64,000 bases of DNA from contig NZ_JAJQXW010000001.1 of assembly GCF_021246445.1 (NCBI RefSeq), forward strand, positions 1,444,168 through 1,508,167. The letters run 5' to 3'. The translations under genes and the position numbers were made by a program. Positions 50,852-57,903 of the stretch are shown here, piece by piece (the stretch's first letter is position 1; each line of letters opens with the position of its first letter). Source of the DNA: Rhabdothermincola salaria (GTDB lineage Bacteria > Actinomycetota > Acidimicrobiia > Acidimicrobiales > Acidimicrobilacustridaceae). Under the pieces are notes generated by a model. The model was not told where the DNA came from. It saw only the letters and a list, made by a program, of their open reading frames with translations, and did not search any database.

Positions 50852-50879
50852 TCTTCGGCTCCGACCGGCACCTCCTGAA
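50852..50879 (-). promoter_or_regulatory. Candidate sigma28 (FliA/WhiG-type) promoter
   Basis: Minus strand TTCA-N16-GCCGAAGA, about 55 nt upstream of ATG 50797. Confidence 0.5.
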
Positions 50880-50906
50880 CCCCTTTCCCGGGCCGACCGG
50901 GCGACC

Positions 50907-52475
50907 TCAGTCGTAGACCGCCTCCAGCCACCAGCGGCCGCCCTCCACGTACACGAGCACGGCCCGACCGTCGACCAGGGCCAGCTGGAGACGGGCCCGC
51001 CGTCGTCGCTCCGGGCCGTCCCACCACCGTTCGTCGGCCGGCCACGGGCCCGCCCACGCCAGAACCCGGTGGGCGGGCCCGCCGTCGAGCACCACCTCGA
51101 CCGGCGCCCCGCTGATGCCCCCCCGACCGTCGACGACGACGACGACGCCGTCGCCGTCGCGCACCTCGACCGGCGCCGGATCGGGCGGTACCAGCGCCGG
51201 GGAGGGAGCCGGCACCTGCCCCGGCCAGGGCGCCTCGGCGGCCGGTGTCGGACCTCGAGGCCCGGTGAGCTCGACGGCGGCGGCGGGGACCCGCACCACC
51301 CGTTCGCCCGGTCCCCGTCCGCCGCGGGGTTCGGGCACGGTGACGGCATCGGGCCCCAGCAGGCCCTGCACCCGGGCCAGGCCGCGCCGGGCCCGTTCGG
51401 AGGCACCCGACTCCCCACCCCAGAAGCCCAGCTGGCGACCGGTGGCGGCCACCACCTCCTCGGGGGTGAGGACCAGGCGGACCACTCCCCCGGTGGGCCG
51501 GTGGGCCCGAGGACCGTTCAACCACCCGTCGAGCTGCCACCGCACCCGATCGGCCACCGCCCCGGGCCCCAGCGCGCCTTCGTGGCGCCACACCCGTTCG
51601 TGGACCTCGCCCTGGTCGGTCTCGGCGCTCACCAGCACCCGGGTGCAGGCCAGCCCGTCGGTGTCGAGACGGGCGTGGAGCTCGTCGGCCAGCCCCTTGG
51701 CCACGAAGGCCACCACGTCGACGCGCTCGGCCGGAGGATCGAGGTCGGCGGCCACCTCGAGGTGGCGCGGCGGCGGACCGGTGGCGGGCGGGTGCTCGTC
51801 GAGACCACGGGCCAGACGGTGAGCGCCCCGACCGTCGGCGCCGAAGCGGGCGACCACGTCGCCGGCGTCGAGGGCCGCGAACGCACCGAGGGTGCGCAGG
51901 CCGAGCCGCACCAACACGTCGACCAGATCGGGCTGGTCGAGCGTGGTCACCGGGCGGGGGGCCAGGAACGCCGGGGTGCCCCCGGGTGCCACCACCTGGG
52001 AGCCCGGGACTGCGGCGCGTGCCGCCAGGCCGGCTGCGAAGGCGCCATCGGCCACACCCACGCCGGCGTGCCCCTCCCATCCCCGTTCGGAGAGCACCTC
52101 GTCGACGGTGGTGAACACGGCTGTCGCCAGCGCGGTGTCCCCACCGAAGTAGCGCGCCGGACCACGGGTGGGGAAGGTGACCACGCCCGGCCCGGACAGC
52201 TCGAGGCGAGGCGTGTAGCGCTCGAGGGCGGCGGCCACCCCGGCGAAGGCCCGGGCGTCACGGGCCTCGTCGTGCTCGTGCACGACCAGGTCGGGGCAGC
52301 GCCCCTGGGCCTCACGACGACGTTGGCCGGCCGCCACCCCCTCGGCCCGCGCCGCCGGCGTGGCGGCTCGGACCCGGTTGGCCCGCACCACCACCGCCGG
52401 TTCGTCCGGGCCGGCTCCCGCGGCCGCCACCGGCCAGTCCGGGCACCAGACCACCAGCGCCCGCACCGCACTCAC
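50907..52475 (-). CDS. imuB: ImuB, inactive Y-family polymerase homolog
   Basis: VVWCPDWP, RRREAQGRCP, LGLRTLG, DRVRWQLDGWL, WAGPW..DERWW, EAVYD; GTG start at 52475. Confidence 0.92.
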   Translation of the reverse strand: MSAVRALVVWCPDWPVAAAGAGPDEPAVVVRANRVRAATPAARAEGVAAGQRRREAQGRCPDLVVHEHDEARDARAFAGVAAALERYTPRLELSGPGVVTFPTRGPARYFGGDTALATAVFTTVDEVLSERGWEGHAGVGVADGAFAAGLAARAAVPGSQVVAPGGTPAFLAPRPVTTLDQPDLVDVLVRLGLRTLGAFAALDAGDVVARFGADGRGAHRLARGLDEHPPATGPPPRHLEVAADLDPPAERVDVVAFVAKGLADELHARLDTDGLACTRVLVSAETDQGEVHERVWRHEGALGPGAVADRVRWQLDGWLNGPRAHRPTGGVVRLVLTPEEVVAATGRQLGFWGGESGASERARRGLARVQGLLGPDAVTVPEPRGGRGPGERVVRVPAAAVELTGPRGPTPAAEAPWPGQVPAPSPALVPPDPAPVEVRDGDGVVVVVDGRGGISGAPVEVVLDGGPAHRVLAWAGPWPADERWWDGPERRRRARLQLALVDGRAVLVYVEGGRWWLEAVYD

Positions 52476-52549
52476 GACACCACCCGAAGCCGGGCCCGAA
52501 CCGTCCCCCCACGACCACAGTGGGCCACCAGCGCCCGCACCGCGCTCAC
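52472..52549 (-). CDS. Repeat-encoded 25-aa mini-ORF 2 (putative translational coupler)
   Basis: GTG...TGA, (M)SAVRALVAHCGRGGTVRARLRVVS; GTGA overlaps at both ends. Confidence 0.5.
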   Translation of the reverse strand: MSAVRALVAHCGRGGTVRARLRVVS

Positions 52550-52623
52550 GACACCACCCGAAGCCGGGCCCGAACCGTCCCCCCACGACCACAGTGGGCC
52601 ACCAGCGCCCGCACCGCGCTCAC
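52546..52623 (-). CDS. Repeat-encoded 25-aa mini-ORF 1 (putative translational coupler)
   Basis: Start overlaps the imuA' stop (GTGA); stop overlaps the mini-ORF 2 start. Confidence 0.5.
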   Translation of the reverse strand: MSAVRALVAHCGRGGTVRARLRVVS

Positions 52624-53366
52624 GACACCACCCGAAGCCGTGACGGGGCCGAGGGTTGGAGCCGTTCGGTCGTGCCATCAGCGGGCAACCACACCTCGCC
52701 CCGACGGGGTCGGGCCGCCCGGCCCCGGCCGTCGGCGGTCACCACCACCTGGCGGCGGCGCAGGTGCCCGTGACCCTGCCCCAGGCCCTCCCACCGGACC
52801 TCGGTGACGCCGAGGATCACGTCGCAGGCCCACTCACCCAACATCCTCCGTGACGGTGGCCTCGCCCCCCCGGTTCCGCCGGCACCACCCGACACGAGGG
52901 CACCGGGAGCGACGGGGACCAGCACCGAGCCTCGCTCCCGGGCGCGGGCGGCGAGGCGCCTGGTGTCTCGGGCGGCGAGACGAAGTCGGGCGTCGACCAG
53001 CACCAGGTCGACGGCGCCGATCAACGCCGCCACCGTGGGGGCCCACGTGGCGGGGTCGTGACGGGGCAGCGCCACCAACGCCAGGCGGTCGAGGGCCACC
53101 CCGAGCTCGGCGGCCGCGGCCAGGCCCAGCTCGGGCAGGCCCACCACCGCCGCCCACGACCCGTCTCGTGACGGGCCGGCCACGAGGGTCAGGGCCAGCG
53201 ACGTGGCTCCCGCGCCTCCGGCCACCCCCACCACCGAACCACGGGCGACGGCCCCCTCGGGCAGCAGCGGGGCCAGCGCCTCCACCACGGGCAGGGTCTG
53301 GTGGCGGGCCAGGGTGACCGGGGCGGCCCGGTCGGCGATCTCACGGAGCTCGGCGGGGACAGCCAC
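52620..53366 (-). CDS. imuA: ImuA'-like RecA-fold mutasome accessory protein
   Basis: LPV..ALAPLLP.G...RGS, GATSL, WAAVVG.P.LGLAAAAELG, RRLAARARERG, GLGQGHG; directly upstream of imuB. Confidence 0.9.
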   Translation of the reverse strand: MAVPAELREIADRAAPVTLARHQTLPVVEALAPLLPEGAVARGSVVGVAGGAGATSLALTLVAGPSRDGSWAAVVGLPELGLAAAAELGVALDRLALVALPRHDPATWAPTVAALIGAVDLVLVDARLRLAARDTRRLAARARERGSVLVPVAPGALVSGGAGGTGGARPPSRRMLGEWACDVILGVTEVRWEGLGQGHGHLRRRQVVVTADGRGRAARPRRGEVWLPADGTTERLQPSAPSRLRVVS

Positions 53367-53376
53367 CCCGCCAGTA

Positions 53377-53392
53377 TCGAACAGCTGTTCGA
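53377..53392. promoter_or_regulatory. LexA SOS box upstream of imuA'
   Basis: TCGAAC-AGCT-GTTCGA, perfect actinobacterial consensus, 10 nt before GTG. Confidence 0.93.
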
Positions 53393-53430
53393 GTCAGGCA
53401 AGCGGGGTCAGCTCATCGCGGGGCGCCGGT

Positions 53431-54192
53431 TCACCGCCGCGCCAGGAGGCGCTCCAGGTCGTCGAGCACGAAGGGGCCCTCGGTGCCGCACATCAAGATC
53501 ACGTGGGTGGCGCCCGCCTCGACGAAGGCGTCCACCTGCTCGATCTCGCCGCCGCTGATCGCCACCGTGCGCTCGATCTCGCCGGGGTCGCGGCCCACCT
53601 CGGCGCACCAGCGGTCGAGCACGCTGCTCTTGTGGGCGAAGACCTCCGGAGGCCCGAAGGTGTTCCAGGCGTCGGCGTAGCGGGCGGTGATACGCAGGGT
53701 GACCTTCTCGCCTCCGCCACCGATGAGGATCGGCAGGTCTCCCACCGGTGGGGGCACCAACCGGTCGATCCGGGCCTTGATCCGTTCGAGAGAGGCCTCG
53801 AGGGCGGCGAGACGGGATCCGGCGGTCCCGAACTCATAGCCGTACTCGTCGTGGTCGCGCTCGAACCACCCGGCGCCGAGCCCCAGGTAGGCACGCCCGT
53901 CGCTGATGTGGTCGACGGTGCGGGCCATGTCCGCCAGCAGCTCGGGGTTGCGGTAGGTGTTGCCCGTGACGAGCATCCCGAGGCGGGCGTGGGAGGTGTC
54001 GGCCGCCATGGCCGTCAGCGTCGTCCACCCCTCGAAGTGGTTGCCCGCCGGATCGCCGTAGAGCGGGAAGAAGTGGTCCCACGTCCAGATGGAGTCGACC
54101 CCCATCTCGTCGGCCGCCCGGGCCGCCGCCCGCAGATCGGCCATGGTCGTGTGCTGGGGTTGCAACTGCACCCCGACCTCGAAACGGGTCAT
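53431..54192 (-). CDS. LLM-class F420-dependent oxidoreductase
   Basis: WTWDHFFPL, YRNPELLADMARTVDHIS.GR, IGGGGEKVTL. Confidence 0.9.
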   Translation of the reverse strand: MTRFEVGVQLQPQHTTMADLRAAARAADEMGVDSIWTWDHFFPLYGDPAGNHFEGWTTLTAMAADTSHARLGMLVTGNTYRNPELLADMARTVDHISDGRAYLGLGAGWFERDHDEYGYEFGTAGSRLAALEASLERIKARIDRLVPPPVGDLPILIGGGGEKVTLRITARYADAWNTFGPPEVFAHKSSVLDRWCAEVGRDPGEIERTVAISGGEIEQVDAFVEAGATHVILMCGTEGPFVLDDLERLLARR

Positions 54193-54273
54193 GTCTCGGC
54201 CTCCCGGTCGTCCTCGGGTGGCACGCTACCGTCACCCTCCGAGCCCGACCGCCCGGCGGAGACGAGGCCGGCG

Positions 54274-54603
54274 CTAGTCGCCGACGCCCTCGGGCATCAC
54301 GACCTCGACACCCTCGCGGTAGTAGGTGAACAGCTCCTCGACGAGCTCCTTGAGCCCGGCGGCGGAGTCGGTGCGATCGAGGTGGACGGTGATGACGTTG
54401 CCGTTCACGTGCACGCCGGTCACCCCTCCCCGGGCGAACAGCGCACCGGCGACCCGGCTGGCCGGCTTGTCGGCCGCGGCCTCGACGTCGGCCGGGGACC
54501 GGAAGGTCTCGTGGCCCATGCCGGTGAGCGGGCGGTTGGTCTCGAAGCGAACCACACCGGGGTGCGGGGAGGACTTCTCGATGACGGTGACTGGCTGTCC
54601 CAT
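54274..54603 (-). CDS. Nfu/NifU N-terminal-domain-like protein
   Basis: PGVVRFETNR.L, LF..GGV.GV....NVITV. Confidence 0.65.
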   Translation of the reverse strand: MGQPVTVIEKSSPHPGVVRFETNRPLTGMGHETFRSPADVEAAADKPASRVAGALFARGGVTGVHVNGNVITVHLDRTDSAAGLKELVEELFTYYREGVEVVMPEGVGD

Positions 54604-54616
54604 GGCGGCGGTGATG

Positions 54617-55120
54617 TTAGTGCCGGGCCTGCGGCGCGCCCGCATCCCCGGTCGCGCCGCCACCAGGTCCGGCCGCGGCGGAGGCCAGCGGCGGGGCGCC
54701 GTCGGCCTCGGCCCGGCCGGGCCCACCCCGACCGGATGCCGCGGGAGCCACGGCCCGCCACGTCCACACCGCCAGGGCGATGGCCACGACACCGAGCAGG
54801 GCGTGCACGACCTGGAACGCGAGCTCGTGGTCGGCGAGGAAGATCTGCGGCACCCGCACCGCCCACACCGCGACGGTGAGCCCGGCGAAGACCTGTACGA
54901 CCCGGGCCCACCCGGCGGTGAGCGGCGACCGCCACGTGCGCACCAGCACCACGACCCCGACGACGGCGAAGCCCAACAGCACGGCCGCGAGGAGGCTGGA
55001 GGTGACCTTGTCGGCGGTGCTCTCGGTGTCGGACCCCCAGGCGTTGACCAGTCGGTTGGACCAGACGAACACCGTCCAGGCGACGAGGGCGGCGAGTCCG
55101 GACCATCCGCGGCGGGTCAT
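54617..55120 (-). CDS. Four-TM hypothetical membrane protein
   Basis: WT.FVW.NR..N, F.VVH motifs; TACCCT -10 lies 6 nt upstream. Confidence 0.7.
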   Translation of the reverse strand: MTRRGWSGLAALVAWTVFVWSNRLVNAWGSDTESTADKVTSSLLAAVLLGFAVVGVVVLVRTWRSPLTAGWARVVQVFAGLTVAVWAVRVPQIFLADHELAFQVVHALLGVVAIALAVWTWRAVAPAASGRGGPGRAEADGAPPLASAAAGPGGGATGDAGAPQARH

Positions 55121-55170
55121 GGCCCGAGGGTACCCGCCCGGGCCCGGGGCCCGGTCGGCGCCGACCGGGC

Positions 55171-55872
55171 TCAGAACAGGGTGGGCGCCTCGTCGAAGGA
55201 GGGTCGGCGGGCGATCCCCGACCACGGCAGGGCGTCCATGAAGGCCCAGGTCCGGCGGTGGATGGTGGTGGGCCCCATGCCGGCCAACGCCACCTTGTGG
55301 CGGGGGCAGGGGTAGCCCTTGTTGGCGTGGAACTCATAGCCGGGGAAGTGCTCGGCTTCCCGGCGCATCAGCCGGTCGCGGCTGACCTTGGCCAGGATCG
55401 ACGCCGTGGCGATGGACAGGCAGCGGGCATCGCCCTTGACCACCGTGCGGCTGATGCCGCCGCCGACGAAGTCCCAGTTGCCGTCGATCAGGACCCGGTC
55501 GGGGGCCACCCCCAGCCCTTCGACGGCGCGCCGCGCCGCCAGCTTCTGGGCCGCCGACATGCCCAGCTCGTCGCACTCCTCGGGCGACGCCGACCCGACG
55601 GCCCACGCCTCGCACCAGCCCGCCACCCGGTCGAAGAGCGCTTCACGCTCGGCCTCGGTGAGCATCTTGGAGTCGCGGACCTTGTTGAGCCGCCGGTCCT
55701 TGGGCACCACGGCGGCCCCGACCACCAGCGGACCGGCCCAGGATCCGCGTCCCACCTCGTCGACCCCGACGACGACGGTGTCGCCCCCGGCCCACAGCTC
55801 GCGCTCGACGGACAACGACGGCGCCTTGGCCCGGAGGGCCTTGCGCAGAGGCGGCACAACGGTGGCGGTCAC
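55171..55872 (-). CDS. rnhB: Ribonuclease HII
   Basis: GVDEVGRG, DSK, LIDG, KGD..CLSIA.ASILAKVSRD, NKGY. Confidence 0.93.
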   Translation of the reverse strand: MTATVVPPLRKALRAKAPSLSVERELWAGGDTVVVGVDEVGRGSWAGPLVVGAAVVPKDRRLNKVRDSKMLTEAEREALFDRVAGWCEAWAVGSASPEECDELGMSAAQKLAARRAVEGLGVAPDRVLIDGNWDFVGGGISRTVVKGDARCLSIATASILAKVSRDRLMRREAEHFPGYEFHANKGYPCPRHKVALAGMGPTTIHRRTWAFMDALPWSGIARRPSFDEAPTLF

Positions 55873-55919
55873 GACACCGCCGACGGTAGCTCGCCGCTCT
55901 CGACCGGCGAGGACGCGAA

Positions 55920-55946
55920 GAGGCCCGGGCTCGCGGCCCGGGCCTC
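55920..55946. terminator. GC hairpin downstream of the solute-binding protein gene
   Basis: GAGGCCCGGGC-TCGCG-GCCCGGGCCTC, 11-bp stem. Confidence 0.55.
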
Positions 55947-55993
55947 CACGAGGCGGTCGTCGACGACGTCGGCGACGACGCCGCCGACCCGGG

Positions 55994-57700
55994 TCAGCCC
56001 TGTTCGAGCCAGGTCTCGGTGAGACGGTGGCGACCGATCTCGAACGGCGACGACGGCTGACCGTCGGGGAGGGTCCCGTTGCCGATGCCGCGCACGTCGT
56101 CGGCGGCGCCCACCGCCCACTGGGTGTGGCCCAGCCACACGTAGGGGATGAGCTCGCTCTGGCGCTTCTGGAGGGCGGAGTACGCCTCCTTGCGGACCTC
56201 CGGATCGTCGGAGGCCCGGGCCGTGTCCAGGGCCTCGTCGACCTGCTCGTCGCGCAGGCGGGCCATGTTGAGCGACAGCTGGCCGATCGGGTTGGCGTTC
56301 TTCGACGTCCACCAGAGGTAGTCGCCGTCGGGGTCCGCCGCGCCGAACTGGCGCCACAGGTTGGCGTCGTAGTTGCCGGTGACCGCATCGGCGATGAACG
56401 TGCCCTGCTCGGTCGTCTTCAGCTCGACCTCCATGCCACACGCCTCCCACAGCGACGCCAGCGTGCCGGTGACGGCCTCGTTGTCCGGCGACGGCGTGGT
56501 GCCGAGCGAGAAGCTCACCGGCCCGGTCTCGGCCTCCACCTCGGCGATGAGCGCCGAGCCGGCCGCCACGTCGGTCGCCGGGAAGCCGTTGTCGGGCTCG
56601 AACCACGGCGAGCCCTCCCGGAACTGGGTCTCGGCGGCGTAGTCGGCCGGGGTGCCCGACACCTCGAAGACCACGTCGCGGTCGGTGCACAGCGCCAGCG
56701 CCCGACGCACCCGCACGTCGTCGAGCGGGGCCTTCTCGGTGTTGAGCAGCACGAACGACTCCTCGTTCTCGCCCTGGTCGGCGACGAACTGGATGGTGCC
56801 GGCCTCGGCCTCGCTGCGCATGCGGTCGATGACCAGCCAGTTGGTCATGTGCATCATCTGCAGGTCGCCGGTGAGCAGCCCGTTGTAGCGGTTCTGGTTG
56901 TCGGGGACGGGCACGAACTCGACGGCGTCGAGGTACGGCAGCTGGTTGCCGGCCTCGTCGGTGCGCCAGTAGCTCTCGTTGCGGGTGCCCTTCCAGCTGC
57001 GGTCCGGCACCCACTCCTCGAACACGAACGGCCCGGTGCCGATGGGGCGGGCCGACGACTCGGCGGCCTCGGCGTCGAGCTGGGCGGGGGCCACCACATA
57101 GCCCACCTGGTTGACCAGGGCCGCGGGGAAGGACGCCCAGGGGTCGGTCATGGTCACCGTGACGGCCATGGGTTCGGCCGGATCGACGGCGACGCTCGCG
57201 ATGTTGGCCAACGAGGCCCCGGTGAGTGGGTCGGTCCGCACCGCCTCGAGGCTCTTGGCCACCGCGGCGCCGTCGAGGGGGGTGCCGTCGTGGAACTCGA
57301 TGTCGGGCCGCACGCCGATGGTCCAGGTGAGGAAGTCCTCGCTGGCGGTGAACGACTCGGCCAGGTACGGCTGGGGTACGCCGTCGGCGTCGTAGGCGGC
57401 CAGGGGGTCGAAGACCGCCGACCCCACCATGTAGCCCGAGATCGCCCATCGGTTGGACGTGGGGTTCCAGCCGTCGGTCTCGGCCTCGATGCCATAGGTG
57501 ATGGTGCCGCCGGACTGCGGGTCGCCGCTCGGGGCGATGGTGATGTCGGTGGTGTCGGGCTCCACCGCACCGCCCCCTCCCCCGCCCGCGGAATCCCCGC
57601 TCTCGCCGCCGCAGGCGGCCAGCGCGAGCGCCGCCACCGCCAGCGCACCCGTGGCCCCGGCCAGCCTCCAGCCACGCGTCCCCGTCCTCGTTGCGGTCAT
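55994..57700 (-). CDS. ABC family-5 solute-binding lipoprotein
   Basis: LAAC lipobox, PYLAES, FHDGTPLD, PIGTGPF, DVRVRRAL. Confidence 0.9.
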   Translation of the reverse strand: MTATRTGTRGWRLAGATGALAVAALALAACGGESGDSAGGGGGGAVEPDTTDITIAPSGDPQSGGTITYGIEAETDGWNPTSNRWAISGYMVGSAVFDPLAAYDADGVPQPYLAESFTASEDFLTWTIGVRPDIEFHDGTPLDGAAVAKSLEAVRTDPLTGASLANIASVAVDPAEPMAVTVTMTDPWASFPAALVNQVGYVVAPAQLDAEAAESSARPIGTGPFVFEEWVPDRSWKGTRNESYWRTDEAGNQLPYLDAVEFVPVPDNQNRYNGLLTGDLQMMHMTNWLVIDRMRSEAEAGTIQFVADQGENEESFVLLNTEKAPLDDVRVRRALALCTDRDVVFEVSGTPADYAAETQFREGSPWFEPDNGFPATDVAAGSALIAEVEAETGPVSFSLGTTPSPDNEAVTGTLASLWEACGMEVELKTTEQGTFIADAVTGNYDANLWRQFGAADPDGDYLWWTSKNANPIGQLSLNMARLRDEQVDEALDTARASDDPEVRKEAYSALQKRQSELIPYVWLGHTQWAVGAADDVRGIGNGTLPDGQPSSPFEIGRHRLTETWLEQG

Positions 57701-57731
57701 CGTTCCCCCAGTCCGAGCCCCTCGGGCCCAA

Positions 57732-57773
57732 TCCACCGACACGTCCACCGACTGCTCCACCCGTCCGTCCACC
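57732..57773. repeat. Four TCCACC hexamers at exact 12-bp spacing
   Basis: TCCACC at 57732, 57744, 57756 and 57768. Confidence 0.75.
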
Positions 57774-57903
57774 AGCGCGGGCGCCGACGGGCGTGCCCAC
57801 CGGCGAGCACCGGCGTGGCCACCCACCCTACGTGCCCGATGACACAGGCGTCACCCACTGTGCCCGGCCCGGCTCCCTCCGGGCGCTCTCCTAGCCTGCG
57901 GGC

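Larger units (their letters stand above)
52451..52640. repeat. 74-bp tandem repeat (2.6 copies) at the imuA'/imuB junction
   Basis: Units start at 52451, 52525 and 52599; one A/G difference at 52470. Confidence 0.95.

Noticed and set aside
50798..51418. Poly-His N-terminal extension in the 385-aa ORF
   Set aside because: It overlaps imuB out of frame; the His run is the CCA microsatellite, and an SD supports ATG 50797.
52476..52592. 39-aa N-terminal extension of ImuB
   Set aside because: It is read-through of the tandem repeat; recognisable ImuB sequence starts at GTG 52475.
52451..52640. CRISPR-like look (42-bp repeat with 32-bp spacer)
   Set aside because: The spacers are identical, the repeat is gene-junction sequence, and no cas genes are present.
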